A stretch of 64,000 nt of DNA. Source: Chthonomonas calidirosea. Lineage in GTDB: Bacteria; Armatimonadota; Fimbriimonadia; Fimbriimonadales; Fimbriimonadaceae. How positions within the stretch are numbered: the first letter of the stretch is position 1; every line of letters starts with the position of its first letter. The stretch spans positions 90,871 through 154,870 of the forward strand of contig CAMAPH010000003.1 in the NCBI GenBank assembly GCA_945859975.1. The letters are read 5' to 3'. The translations under genes and the position numbers were made by a program. Of this stretch, positions 38,020-49,627 are shown piece by piece. The notes below the pieces were generated by a model. It saw nothing but the letters and a program-made list of their open reading frames with translations. It was not told where the DNA came from and searched no databases.

Positions 38020-38904
38020 CTACAACGGCGGCATGACGAAGGAGATCGCTTTCGGGAGCACCCGAGTTCTAAATCCGCCGGGAGCGGTCAGTTCTCCGTC
38101 CATGAGCACGGGGGTGTCATTCGGACCAATGACTTCTATGGATTCGGTCTGCCAAGTTTGCACTTTCGGATGACCGAGGTGCGCGCCTTTAAAGACCTTG
38201 GGAAACTGCCGAAGAAATTCCGACTTGCTCATTTCGCCCACCAAAACCACTTCAAGCTTGCCGTCGTTGATGTTTGCGTTCGGGGCGATGCGCATTCCGC
38301 CGCCGTAGCTTTGGCAGTTTGCGACCGCGCACAGAACAGCAAGGGTTTCCAGCGACTCTTCTTCGGTTTTGATTTTCAGGCGGATAGGTTCAAAACGGCG
38401 CAGTTCACTGATCACCGCAAGGATGTACGCGGCGGTGCCGGTCGTGAAGCGAAAACCTTGATTGATCCGATTTGCCACCACGGCATCAAATCCCATCCCG
38501 GCCACGTTGATCCAGAACTTGTCTCCCGCGATGGCAATGTCGATCTTTTCCGTGTGCCGTTCTGCGAGCACGTTGAAGGCACTTGGAAGATTGAGTCCGA
38601 TTCCCGCGCATCGCGCGAAATCATTGCCGGTACCCACCGGCAGAACTCCAAGGGCGGGGAGATTGCCCTTCCTCCGCATGGCACCGTTAAGTACTTCTCG
38701 CAGGGTGCCGTCACCGCCGGCGGCAATCAGCACATCGCAATCCGGCGCGGTCGTGGCCAGTTGGGTGGCGTGGCCGGATCGCTCGGTGAACATGAACTGG
38801 GTGTTCCAGCCGACCTGTTTGATCCAGGTCTGGATTTCAGATATCGCACGTTGGGCTCTGCCGCGACCTGCCGACGGATTGAGAATGATGACGGCGTCCA
38901 GCAA
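38020..38904 (-). CDS. diacylglycerol/lipid kinase (YegS/DagK family)
   Basis: NPSAG, AGGDGT, PVGTGNDFA, GFDA, YGGGM.IAP, DGE. Confidence 0.92.
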   Translation of the reverse strand: MLDAVIILNPSAGRGRAQRAISEIQTWIKQVGWNTQFMFTERSGHATQLATTAPDCDVLIAAGGDGTLREVLNGAMRRKGNLPALGVLPVGTGNDFARCAGIGLNLPSAFNVLAERHTEKIDIAIAGDKFWINVAGMGFDAVVANRINQGFRFTTGTAAYILAVISELRRFEPIRLKIKTEEESLETLAVLCAVANCQSYGGGMRIAPNANINDGKLEVVLVGEMSKSEFLRQFPKVFKGAHLGHPKVQTWQTESIEVIGPNDTPVLMDGELTAPGGFRTRVLPKAISFVMPPL

Positions 38905-38959
38905 CTATCCGGACCTCCCGGAGCACAAGGAATCGCCGCCCCGAGTACGCTCGGAGGCG

Positions 38960-39532
38960 TTGAAAGAAATCGGAATTTTGGTCGGCCCAACTGGTCGTGG
39001 TAGCAATATGTCGGCCATCGCAAAGGCGTGTGCTGATGGGAGTTTAGACGCCCGGGTCAGCATAGTGATCGCACCCCGAGAGACTACCCCCGCAAAATCG
39101 CTGGCTCAAGCGCTGGGAATCCCGACCGCAGTTGTTCCATACGGTGAGGACTACCCCGCACGACTCCTAGATGCGCTCGCTCAGGTTCAACTGGTCTGCC
39201 TAGCTGGATATCTAAAGCTGTTGCCTTCAGATGTCATTGCCGCCTTTCCGGGACACGTTTTAAATATTCATCCTGCACTGTTGCCTAAGTTTGGCGGCAA
39301 GGGGATGTATGGTCATTTTGTGCACGAAGCGGTCATTGCTGCTGGCGAAACGGAGTCTGGTTGCACCGTTCATCGCGTGACCGGGGCATATGACGAGGGG
39401 CAGGTTTTGGTGCAGATGCGTTGCCCGGTATTGCCGGATGATTCTCCCGACACGCTCGCCGCGCGCGTTCTAGAATTGGAGCATCGTGCCTACACGGAAG
39501 CCATCCGCCATGTCCTCGCCGAAACCCTATAG
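38960..39532 (+). CDS. purN: phosphoribosylglycinamide formyltransferase
   Basis: GRGSNM, LAGY, NIHPALLP.FGG.GMYG, SGCTVHRV...YDEG; TTG start after GGAGG. Confidence 0.92.
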   Translation: MKEIGILVGPTGRGSNMSAIAKACADGSLDARVSIVIAPRETTPAKSLAQALGIPTAVVPYGEDYPARLLDALAQVQLVCLAGYLKLLPSDVIAAFPGHVLNIHPALLPKFGGKGMYGHFVHEAVIAAGETESGCTVHRVTGAYDEGQVLVQMRCPVLPDDSPDTLAARVLELEHRAYTEAIRHVLAETL

Positions 39533-40172
39533 CTGGCTTCCTCGGGCGTTGTTTCCCCTCGGACGCTGCCTGATTCGATTGCAGCTTCGGAAGTTTGTCG
39601 GTCGAAAGCCGTGGGAACCGGTGCCTCTGGAAGTCGTGGGGCCGTCGGAGATTCCCTCCGGTGGGCTGCTCATCATCGGGAATCACCGCAGCGACATCGA
39701 TCCACCTTTGGTGCAGTACAACTTCCCGCGCGGGATTCACTTCATGGGGCAGGACTACCTGTTCGAGATGAAGATTTGGGGACCAGCGATTCGGTTCTTT
39801 CACGCCTTTCCGATCTCGCGTGGAAAAGTCGATCGCGCCGCGCTGCGGCATGCAATCGAGCTCCTGAAAATGGGTGAAGTGGTCTGTATTTTCCCCGAAG
39901 GCGGAATCACGACGGCCTACGGGGTTCGGCCCTTGGAAGCCGGAGTCACGCTGATCCTTCGTCAGACCGGGGCGACCGTGCTTTGTTGCGGCTTGCACGG
40001 CACCGCCGAGTTCATGAGCGGAGGGGACTTGAACGTGCGGGTGGAGACCGGAGATGTTAAGGTGTTTTGGGGCGAACCTATTCGTTTTGCGAAGGACGCC
40101 GAGCCAGACGTTGTGCTGGACACCTTGCGGTCAGAACTGATTCGGCTTTCTGGCATGCCCGCGGTCGAATAA
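39510..40172 (+). CDS. 1-acyl-sn-glycerol-3-phosphate acyltransferase (PlsC family)
   Basis: NHRSDID, FPISR, IFPEG. Confidence 0.85.
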   Translation: MSSPKPYSWLPRALFPLGRCLIRLQLRKFVGRKPWEPVPLEVVGPSEIPSGGLLIIGNHRSDIDPPLVQYNFPRGIHFMGQDYLFEMKIWGPAIRFFHAFPISRGKVDRAALRHAIELLKMGEVVCIFPEGGITTAYGVRPLEAGVTLILRQTGATVLCCGLHGTAEFMSGGDLNVRVETGDVKVFWGEPIRFAKDAEPDVVLDTLRSELIRLSGMPAVE

Positions 40173-40205
40173 AAAAGCCGCTCAGCGTTTGCTGAGCGGC
40201 CTTTT
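40171..40205. terminator. bidirectional intrinsic terminator
   Basis: aaaaaagccgctcagc-gttt-gctgagcggccttttt type hairpin between convergent genes. Confidence 0.88.
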
Positions 40206-40217
40206 GTGACTTTAGAG

Positions 40218-40658
40218 TTAGCCTCGCGGTCGGAAGTTTTCGCCGACTTGCTCTGGCTTCTTCTGTGGCGGCCATTCGCGTGGGAAGGCCGATCCTCCGT
40301 TGTTTGGAACATTGGTTTCCCAACCACTCACTGGCTCATACTGCCGCGTGGCGTAGTCGCCAAGGATGCCGAACATCAGGAACAGAACACCAAATCCGGT
40401 GACCACCCAGATCTTCGCGAGCTTTGATGCATGCATCACGCCCATGAAGATCCAAATAACGAAAACGGCTTTGACCGTCGCGATCAGCATGGCGACAACG
40501 TTGTTGATGATCACATTGCCAAAGTTTTGCGTGCTTGCCCACCAAGTAACAATCAGCAAGAACATCAACCAGAGCATGTTGCCTAACAACAAGGGCACTG
40601 ATAGCACGTGCGAGTGTCCGCCGTGCTTGGAATCTGAAGAAAGAGGAGTGCTTGCCAT
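40218..40658 (-). CDS. cytochrome c oxidase subunit IV family
   Basis: three TM helices, IATVKAVFV..FM, follows subunit III. Confidence 0.8.
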   Translation of the reverse strand: MASTPLSSDSKHGGHSHVLSVPLLLGNMLWLMFLLIVTWWASTQNFGNVIINNVVAMLIATVKAVFVIWIFMGVMHASKLAKIWVVTGFGVLFLMFGILGDYATRQYEPVSGWETNVPNNGGSAFPREWPPQKKPEQVGENFRPRG

Positions 40659-40664
40659 GATTGA

Positions 40665-41357
40665 TCAGGGTTTCGGCATCAAGTACATCAGCGGGAACAG
40701 GAAGATCCAGACGAGGTCAACGAAGTGCCAATAGAGACCGACGAGTTCGGTTGGGATGTAATCCTTGGTAACCATCGGCGAATTTCTCCACCACTTGGCC
40801 ATCAAGTAACCGATGACGATCATGCCGATGAGAACGTGAAGGCCGTGAAGACCGGTCATCCCGAAGTAAAGGCCAAAGTACAGTTGGGCGAAGTTTGGCG
40901 TCGCACCGTGAAGATATTCCGGGTGCGAACCAAAGCCAGGGCCCGGATACAAGTGGTGACCAAACTTTTCTTGGTACTCAAAGTACTTGACCACCATGAA
41001 CGCTCCGGCGCACACCTGTGTGATCGCAAGCATGCTGAGGACGCCCCATTTCTTTTGAAGCTGAGCGTAGCGAACGGACATCGCAACCGTGAACGAACTG
41101 AACAGCAACACGAACGTGTTGATCATTCCCATCTGAACGTTCAAGGCTTCATGGGCCAAGAAGAAGTCCATTTGGTACATGGAGCGGTACAGCGTGTAGA
41201 TGAGGAACAGGGCACCGAAGAACATAACTTCGGTGACCAAGAACGTCCACATTCCAACGATGTAGGAGTCGTTCTGTTGCTCCATGTCTTCGAACTGGTG
41301 GTGCAGGGCCTCATCGTGCCCATGGCCATGTCCGTGATCGCTTGCGATTGCCGCCAT
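40665..41357 (-). CDS. ctaE: cytochrome c oxidase subunit III
   Basis: [40 protein letters not shown]. Confidence 0.93.
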   Translation of the reverse strand: MAAIASDHGHGHGHDEALHHQFEDMEQQNDSYIVGMWTFLVTEVMFFGALFLIYTLYRSMYQMDFFLAHEALNVQMGMINTFVLLFSSFTVAMSVRYAQLQKKWGVLSMLAITQVCAGAFMVVKYFEYQEKFGHHLYPGPGFGSHPEYLHGATPNFAQLYFGLYFGMTGLHGLHVLIGMIVIGYLMAKWWRNSPMVTKDYIPTELVGLYWHFVDLVWIFLFPLMYLMPKP

Positions 41358-43093
41358 TATCGTTTCTCCTTCTCGCTTTCGATTGACTTAGCTTCGTTCG
41401 AAAGGTAGCTTGGCACTTCCAAAGCTTGAGCAGCCTTGTCTTGCTCGTGCTCGGTCACCGGATCGAAGTCGTAGACTTCATCAAGAACAACCGGGATCTG
41501 GAGGAAGTTCGACGTTGGAGGAGGGGACGAAGTCTCCCACTCAAGTCCGTGCGCTCCCCAAGGATTGGCACTGGCCTTCGCTCCCTTCGTGAGGGATCGG
41601 GTTAGATACAGGCCCGGAATGATGAAGGACAACGCGAGGACCGTCGATCCCAGCGTCGACATGATGTGGTACGGCTGGAACTCCGGCGCGAAGTAGTAGT
41701 AGTGGTATCGGCGAGGCATTCCCATGAAGCCCACGATGAACTGTGGGAAGAACGTAAGGTTGAAGCCGATGAAGACCAAAACCGCGTTCCATTTCGCAAT
41801 GCTCTCCGGATAAAGTCGGCCGGTCATCTTGGGCCACCAGTAGTGGAGGCCACCCAAGAACGCGGTCACCGCACCACCGACCATCACGTAGTGGAAGTGA
41901 GCCACGATGAAGTAGGTGTTGGTGAGGTGAACGTCAGTTCCGAGACATCCCAAGAAGAGGCCGGTGAGTCCGCCGATGGTAAACAGGCCGATGAAGCCCA
42001 GAGCGTAGATCATCGGTGTTTGAAGCCGAATGTTGCCCTTGTACAGCGTTGCTGTCCAGTTGAACACCTTGATGGCGCTCGGGATGGCAACAAGGAAGCT
42101 GATGAGCGAGAAGACGACGCCTTGGTACATCGACTCGCTGGAGATGAACATGTGGTGGCCCCAAACGAGGAAGCCGAGACCCGCGATCGCCAACGTGGAG
42201 AAGGCGATGAGGTGGTAACCGAAGACTCGCTTTCGGGCGAAGTTCGCGATCAGCTCGGACTGGACTCCAAACGCCGGCAGGATCATGATGTAGACCGCCG
42301 GGTGGCTGTAGAACCAGAACAGGTGCTGGAAGAGAACGGGGTCGCCGCCGAGTTCAGCGCTAAAGATTGGAAGGTGGAAGACTCGCTCGAAGATGATGCA
42401 GAGCAGAGTGACGGCAACGACGGGCGTACCGAGGATGATGACGACACCAGTTGCGTACAGCGCCCAAACCATGAGCGGCAGTCGGAACCAGGTCATTCCC
42501 GGAGCGCGCATCTTGTGCGTCGTGACAATGAAGTTGATACCGGTCGTGATGGAACTGAATCCGGCAATGAAGATGCCGGTAAGCACCATCGTGACGTTCG
42601 AGTTCGCGTACATGCTCGAGTACGGAACGTAGAAAGTCCAGCCCGAATCGACTCCACCGTTGATCATTCCGCCCATGATGCAGGCGCCGCCGATCATGAA
42701 GAGGTACCAACTGAGCAAGTTAAGGCGCGGGAACGCCATGTCGCGCGCTCCTATCATCAGCGGTAACAGGAAGTTCCCGAGAATGGCCGGAATGGCCACG
42801 ATGAGGAACAAGAAGACCATGATGATCCCGTGAGCAGAGAAGACCTTGTTGTAGGTTTCAGACTCAAGGATGAAGCCAGCAGGCGCGGTGAGTTCGTAGC
42901 GGATCAAACCCGCCGCAATGCTTCCCAGGAAGAAGAAGAAGGAAACAGTAACGAGATACAGGATCCCGATACGTTTATGGTCCCCCGTGAGAAGCCACGA
43001 CTTAATCGACCAATCGGCGTTTAAGTAGTTTGTCTCGGTCCGGGGCGTGGCGCTATCGGCGGTCACGTTTGGATCTGCAGGAATTGCACTCAT
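41357..43093 (-). CDS. ctaD: cytochrome c oxidase subunit I (A2 type)
   Basis: [24 protein letters not shown] (YS motif = A2), WGHHM, HFHY, GMPRRY. Confidence 0.97.
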   Translation of the reverse strand: MSAIPADPNVTADSATPRTETNYLNADWSIKSWLLTGDHKRIGILYLVTVSFFFFLGSIAAGLIRYELTAPAGFILESETYNKVFSAHGIIMVFLFLIVAIPAILGNFLLPLMIGARDMAFPRLNLLSWYLFMIGGACIMGGMINGGVDSGWTFYVPYSSMYANSNVTMVLTGIFIAGFSSITTGINFIVTTHKMRAPGMTWFRLPLMVWALYATGVVIILGTPVVAVTLLCIIFERVFHLPIFSAELGGDPVLFQHLFWFYSHPAVYIMILPAFGVQSELIANFARKRVFGYHLIAFSTLAIAGLGFLVWGHHMFISSESMYQGVVFSLISFLVAIPSAIKVFNWTATLYKGNIRLQTPMIYALGFIGLFTIGGLTGLFLGCLGTDVHLTNTYFIVAHFHYVMVGGAVTAFLGGLHYWWPKMTGRLYPESIAKWNAVLVFIGFNLTFFPQFIVGFMGMPRRYHYYYFAPEFQPYHIMSTLGSTVLALSFIIPGLYLTRSLTKGAKASANPWGAHGLEWETSSPPPTSNFLQIPVVLDEVYDFDPVTEHEQDKAAQALEVPSYLSNEAKSIESEKEKR

Positions 43094-43095
43094 TT

Positions 43096-44250
43096 TTAGT
43101 TTCCTTTTGCCTCCTGTTGAGCGGCGATTGCATTTACTGCCAGTTCCCCAGATCGGGTGGTTGGCGTTGAGTCAACGCGTCGCATTGAAGAATTTTGATA
43201 TTGGATCGCGTTCGCCGCGAACGGGCTCATCGTGCCCTTGGTTCCGTTCAAAACGGCAGCGGCAGTGTCGGTACCGCTTGACGATGGACCACCAACGGAC
43301 GAACCGATGACTTTGATGTAAGCCATTAATTTAAGTACGTCTTCTTCGTTGATCTGACCGTCATAAACGGGCATCGTATTGCTGTAGCCGTTCGTGATTT
43401 TGTTGTGCGGCCGCAAGATGGACTCTCGCAGGTAGCTCTGGTCGGCAATCACGCTGCGACCACCAGTGAGGGTTCGCTTCTTGCCCCAGATTCCGTAAAG
43501 GCTTGGAGCGCGCATGTTGTCTTCCGCGCCGTGGCAGTTGTTGCAGGCAAGCTGCTTGTAAAGTCTTTCTCCGGACTGCTCGAGGGTGAGAGTGGCTTGG
43601 CTCTGGCCGCCGTTCTCAATCCAGTTCGCCCATTCGCGCGGTTCCATGACGACAACCGTGCCGCCCATTTCGCTGTGCTGCGTTCCGCAATACATCGAGC
43701 AGAAGAGGTGATACTTGCCCGGCTGGGTCGGGGTGAACCACATCGTGGTGTAGCGACCGGGCACAACGTGCATCTGAGCTCGAAATGCCGGAATATAGAA
43801 AGCGTGGATGACGTCTTGCGAGATCATCGTGAGCTTGAATGGCTTGCCAGCGGGAACGTGGAGAGTGTTGTTCTCTCGAACGCCGTTGCTGTGCTGGACG
43901 TGCCACATCCACTGCTTACCGATGACAAAGATCTCCTGTGCATCGGCGGGCGGGACTCGCATCGTGATGAAGAGCTTGGTGCCGAAATAAAACATGATCA
44001 GCGCCAAGATGAGTGGAATGACCGACCAAGCGGTTTCCAAACGTGCATCTTCGTAAATTGGACGTGAGCGGTCCGCATCTGACCCGCGCTTGTACTTGAT
44101 GACAAAGTAAATGACACCAATGCCAACCATCACCGTGAAGATGACCGTTAGCGCCAAGAGGGCATAGAAGATAAGGTCGTGCTCTCGGGAGAAGCTCGAC
44201 GCTTGGGGCGGGGTTGCGGGGAAGTTTGAGAACATAAATTTTCTCTGCAC
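43096..44250 (-). CDS. ctaC: cytochrome c oxidase subunit II with fused cytochrome c (caa3 type)
   Basis: CuA ligands [21 protein letters not shown] heme c. Confidence 0.95.
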   Translation of the reverse strand: MQRKFMFSNFPATPPQASSFSREHDLIFYALLALTVIFTVMVGIGVIYFVIKYKRGSDADRSRPIYEDARLETAWSVIPLILALIMFYFGTKLFITMRVPPADAQEIFVIGKQWMWHVQHSNGVRENNTLHVPAGKPFKLTMISQDVIHAFYIPAFRAQMHVVPGRYTTMWFTPTQPGKYHLFCSMYCGTQHSEMGGTVVVMEPREWANWIENGGQSQATLTLEQSGERLYKQLACNNCHGAEDNMRAPSLYGIWGKKRTLTGGRSVIADQSYLRESILRPHNKITNGYSNTMPVYDGQINEEDVLKLMAYIKVIGSSVGGPSSSGTDTAAAVLNGTKGTMSPFAANAIQYQNSSMRRVDSTPTTRSGELAVNAIAAQQEAKGN

Positions 44251-44267
44251 TTAAATGCCTGACCAGG

Positions 44268-45149
44268 TCAGGCTTTGGGCAGGCCTCCTTCTGGGACAGC
44301 CGGCTGCCGATACTTAAAGGATAGGAATCCGATCCAGCACATCATGATGAGCGCGAAGCTAACTCCGGTGATCTTCAAGGCGTTCTCGACCACGGGCCGA
44401 TACTTTGAAGCCGAAGGGGAAAGGCGAATACAACCGAACATTCGGGTCTGGTCAGCTTTGAATCCAACGACATCGTTCTTCGCGTTGTCGAGGTTTGACT
44501 CAAAGATGATCGACGGTAAATCGTTGCCAATGGTATAGCCAACGATCTTGCCTTTTGGAGTGATCGTGACGGTCCCAGTTGGGTGGTTGAGCACGTTTTC
44601 CATCGGGCGGTATGCCCAGCGGAAGCCCAACGAGTTGGTGACAGCTTTGATGTCATCGAGGTTGCCAGTGAGAAGGTGCCAACCGTTGGCGCTGGATTGA
44701 TCTTCAAGCCCGCGCAGGATTTGCGCCTTCTTCTTTGCCGCAACTTCCGGGGTTTCGGTCGGGTTGAGGCTCAGGAAAATGACATCGAAGTCTTTGCCAA
44801 CGCGAATGTCGGTGGTGTTGCCGATGTTAATGCGGTTGGTCCGGCCGGAAGCGTTCAGCTTTCCGACGGTCTTCATGAGATTTTCGATGATGACCGGGCA
44901 ACCTGATGGGCAGGTGAAGTAGACGGGAAGGATTACCACTGGACGATCTTCGAGGATTGCGCCGATGGATGTTGTCGCCCCGGTTTCGTCCTTAAAGGTC
45001 GTTTTCAGGTCAACGGATTCTCCGAGCTTTTGCGTAATGCCCATGTCGTCCGCAAGACTTGGCGTCTTCGGAGCTTCGGTTTGGGCGGTCGCAAACACTG
45101 CACCAAAGAGGGCAGAAATTGCGAGCAAAGGTCGGAGATTGAGATTCAT
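44268..45149 (-). CDS. SCO family protein
   Basis: YFTCPSGC (CxxxC), W.LLTG, H; start ATG 45149. Confidence 0.85.
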   Translation of the reverse strand: MNLNLRPLLAISALFGAVFATAQTEAPKTPSLADDMGITQKLGESVDLKTTFKDETGATTSIGAILEDRPVVILPVYFTCPSGCPVIIENLMKTVGKLNASGRTNRINIGNTTDIRVGKDFDVIFLSLNPTETPEVAAKKKAQILRGLEDQSSANGWHLLTGNLDDIKAVTNSLGFRWAYRPMENVLNHPTGTVTITPKGKIVGYTIGNDLPSIIFESNLDNAKNDVVGFKADQTRMFGCIRLSPSASKYRPVVENALKITGVSFALIMMCWIGFLSFKYRQPAVPEGGLPKA

Positions 45150-45153
45150 TGTC

Positions 45154-45738
45154 TTAGTGCGCGGCTCCGTCTCCAGGCGCTGGAGTCGATGTCTTTCCGG
45201 CTGGGCCGAACTTCTCGACGGCAGCATCTTCGGCTGCTTTCATTCGGCTAAGCGCGGCTTCCTTCGATTCGGTGAAGCTCACGTTCATGTCTGGCTGGGT
45301 TGTGCCCTTCGAGACTGCTGGAACGCTTGCTCCGGTCGAGATGCCTTTTTCAACGAGCTTCTCGATTGCGGCATTGATCGGAATGTGAGCCTGCGCATCC
45401 TGAGGACCGCTGTAGTTGTTCATGCGCTTGGCCTCGTTCTGCCGCATGTCGGCGATGTCCGTTCGGGCGCTGACGTTTGTCTGCAACACCGGATTCGGAG
45501 CCGTTGGAATGACGCGCATTTTGTTGTAGCCCGATTGCTTGTTCGCATACATCGGGTTCATTCCGATCATGTTGATCGGCCCGATTTTAATTCCGAACAG
45601 GACAACCCAGCTGATCGCGATCATCGCCGCCGCAAACGCGAAGAAGATGATTACAGCTTTCGTGATCCCTTTCAGGTTTATGTCGCGGACTTCATAGCCC
45701 ATCTCGACTAGTGGATCTTCACGCTTTTCAGTGTGCAT
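45154..45738 (-). CDS. ActG-like single-TM subunit of alternative complex III
   Basis: GYE..D, one TM helix, P.LQ, HIPI..A; follows actF; start ATG 45738. Confidence 0.65.
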   Translation of the reverse strand: MHTEKREDPLVEMGYEVRDINLKGITKAVIIFFAFAAAMIAISWVVLFGIKIGPINMIGMNPMYANKQSGYNKMRVIPTAPNPVLQTNVSARTDIADMRQNEAKRMNNYSGPQDAQAHIPINAAIEKLVEKGISTGASVPAVSKGTTQPDMNVSFTESKEAALSRMKAAEDAAVEKFGPAGKTSTPAPGDGAAH

Positions 45739-46951
45739 GTGCCTTTGCCTCCTGGAGTCGGGTGTCGTAAACCGGGAACAGCGCTGCCTGCTTCGTTTGG
45801 TGGGCGAACATGGCGAGCCACAGGCAACCAACCGAGACGCAAGCGAGAATGTCGAAGAAGGTCTGCCCACTGAGCGGACCCATCTCTGCACGGCCATGAA
45901 TCGCTGGGATCACCAACATGTACATGTCGAAGAAATGCATCACCAAAATCCAGCCCGTGATTTTCGCAAGGTTCATCACGTTAGTCTTCGATCGCGGTGC
46001 GATGAGCAGGAAGAACGGGATGAAGAACCGTCCGATGATGAGGAGCAGGCCGAGGATTCCCCAGTGGTTGCTCTCCATGCCTTGCGGATACATCGCACTA
46101 CTTCGTTTTGCAAAGTAGGCCGTGGTTTCTGGGATGTTTCCGTTCCAGATGATGAGGAACTGCGAAATCGTGGTGTAGCCCCAGAACATGGTCAGGGCGA
46201 ACATCATGTTGCCCTGGTCTCGCGTGAGCTGAGGTCGCAGAATATCGGTGAAAGGCTTCTTGCCAGCTTCGGTGCACTGCAGGAGAAGGCAGAAGGCGAG
46301 AGCCGCGCCGCCACCGGCGATGATCTGCCAAGGGCCGTACATCGTGCTGCTCCAGTGCGGTTCCATGCTCATCACCAAGTCAGTGACGAAGAGCGTGGAA
46401 GCAAGGAAGAAGAAGACCAGACTAACGCCCGCCCAGCTAGAACGGCCGGCTTCGAGCTTAAAGTTGAGGTTCTTGTCTTGCCGAACCGTCGAGTGTCGGA
46501 AGAAAGCAGAAAGAGCGGCGAAGAGAACGAGAACCGCGATGACTCGAATGGTCCAGCCTGGTTGGTTCAAGAACCATTCCTTTCGTCGAAGGACCGGATC
46601 GGCCATGGTGAACGCTCGGTCGGCCCACTCGTACAGATGGATCGGCTGCAGGAGGACCGGGATGAGGAGGACACCCATGAGGGCGAAAATCTTCCAGCCT
46701 GAACCGGCTTCCAATAGTCGAAGGATCGCGAGCGACCACTGACCGCGAACGGCGTGGTGGAGGATGGTTATTCCGAACATGCCGATGGTGATCGACATCC
46801 AGAAATACCAGCCAAACATGAACGATCCCCACATCTTGTCGTTGCCGGAGAGCATCATGCCCCAGCACGCGAGGGTTCCAACAAGACCGAGCACACCGGC
46901 ACCAGGTGCCAACTTGCCAAGATTAAGCGTTTTCTGCTGCGTCTCTTCCAT
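45728..46951 (-). CDS. actF: alternative complex III membrane subunit ActF
   Basis: polytopic; LYEW, D.VMSMEPHWSSTMYG, FWGY...SQFLIIW.GNIPE. Confidence 0.88.
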   Translation of the reverse strand: MEETQQKTLNLGKLAPGAGVLGLVGTLACWGMMLSGNDKMWGSFMFGWYFWMSITIGMFGITILHHAVRGQWSLAILRLLEAGSGWKIFALMGVLLIPVLLQPIHLYEWADRAFTMADPVLRRKEWFLNQPGWTIRVIAVLVLFAALSAFFRHSTVRQDKNLNFKLEAGRSSWAGVSLVFFFLASTLFVTDLVMSMEPHWSSTMYGPWQIIAGGGAALAFCLLLQCTEAGKKPFTDILRPQLTRDQGNMMFALTMFWGYTTISQFLIIWNGNIPETTAYFAKRSSAMYPQGMESNHWGILGLLLIIGRFFIPFFLLIAPRSKTNVMNLAKITGWILVMHFFDMYMLVIPAIHGRAEMGPLSGQTFFDILACVSVGCLWLAMFAHQTKQAALFPVYDTRLQEAKAHAH

Positions 46952-46953
46952 AA

Positions 46954-47637
46954 CTAGTGCGCGGCTCCTTCTGCATGACTCTCTCCACTGTGCGATTCAC
47001 CGCTATGCGAGTCGCCACTGTGTGAATCGCTACCGTGTGAATCGGCTCCGGTGGCCGCCTCGTGCTTCTGTCGAGCAACCTCAATTTCGGTCCGGCTGAC
47101 GCCAAAGGCGCCGGGGGCTTGGCTGACTTGCAATGCCTTGATGTAAGCAACGATCGCCCAGCGGTCAGATGGCTCCACTCGGGAAGAGTAGGAGTACATC
47201 GCGCCGTAACCGTTCGTGATGACGTCGTAAAAGTGACCAACCGGCATCTTTCGGAGGCGGTCCGTGTGGTAATTGCCCACGGGTCGCTTCAGCGTAAATC
47301 CTCGGTTCGCGATCATTCCGTTGCCGTCTCCAATCTGGCCGTGGCAAGGGGAGCAGTAAACGTTGTATCGCTCCTGACCTCGCTCCAACAGCGCCTTGGT
47401 TAGCGGAACGGGAAGGGTGTCAACCCATTTACCGTTTACGGCACCGGTGAAGAAGGCATCGTCCTTTCGGATCTTGCCTCGAGCAATCGTTCCGGTAAGG
47501 AGCGGTCGGCTCATCTGGCCATCTGGGAAGAAGTCATTCTCACCAAGTGGCTCTCCCTTTGGCTGTCGCCACATGTCGGTGTGGCATCCAGCGAGCGAGA
47601 TCGCTGCGAGGGCAAAAAGCGGAATTCGTGGGTTCAT
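46954..47637 (-). CDS. actE: alternative complex III monoheme cytochrome c lipoprotein ActE
   Basis: lipobox LAGC, DM..QP, CSPCHG, GYGAM, DRWAIVAY. Confidence 0.9.
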   Translation of the reverse strand: MNPRIPLFALAAISLAGCHTDMWRQPKGEPLGENDFFPDGQMSRPLLTGTIARGKIRKDDAFFTGAVNGKWVDTLPVPLTKALLERGQERYNVYCSPCHGQIGDGNGMIANRGFTLKRPVGNYHTDRLRKMPVGHFYDVITNGYGAMYSYSSRVEPSDRWAIVAYIKALQVSQAPGAFGVSRTEIEVARQKHEAATGADSHGSDSHSGDSHSGESHSGESHAEGAAH

Positions 47638-48184
47638 GGTTCCACCTCACTTACTCGGATCGGCTCATGGTCTTGGAGGAAGCGCTTGACTTTCTCCGCA
47701 TCAAAATGAGCGTCGGCGGATTCGATGGCGAGGAAGAACCGATCTTGGGTCGCTCGCTCGAAGCCAGGCGTGTTAAAGATGCTGTGGTACGGCTGAGGCA
47801 GCCGATTGAGCGCGATCATGCTGAAGAATGCGGTGAGACCCGCGAACAAGATCGTGGCTTCGTAGGTGACCGGGATCATGCTCGGAAGCGAGACCAACGG
47901 CTTTCCACCCACGTTCATTGGATAGTCAAAGACGTGCACGTAGTATTGGAGCGTATAGCCAAACAACGCTCCGGTCAGCCCACCCGCGAAGCAGAGGAAC
48001 GGTACTTTCACGTCCTTGAACCCGATGGCCTCCGAGAGGCCATGGATTGGGAACGGCGAGTACGCATCCATCTTCTTAAACCCGGCTTTGCGGGCACTTT
48101 CGGCCGCGCTCATCAGCTTCTCTGGCGTGTCGAACTCGGCAACGACGGCGTAAACGGTGCTGGTTTCTTCAGCTACGGCGTGGC

Positions 48185-48188
<4 letters not shown>
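47634..48188 (-). CDS. actD: alternative complex III subunit ActD (DUF3341)
   Basis: DAYSPFPIHG, YPMNVGGKP, PVTYE. Confidence 0.92.

Positions 48189-49616
<1,428 letters not shown>

Positions 49617-49627
<11 letters not shown>

Noticed and set aside
38462..38959. Long N-terminal extension of PurN in the ORF track
   Set aside because: Overlaps the lipid kinase on the opposite strand; a GGAGG-TTG start at 38960 gives a normal-length PurN.
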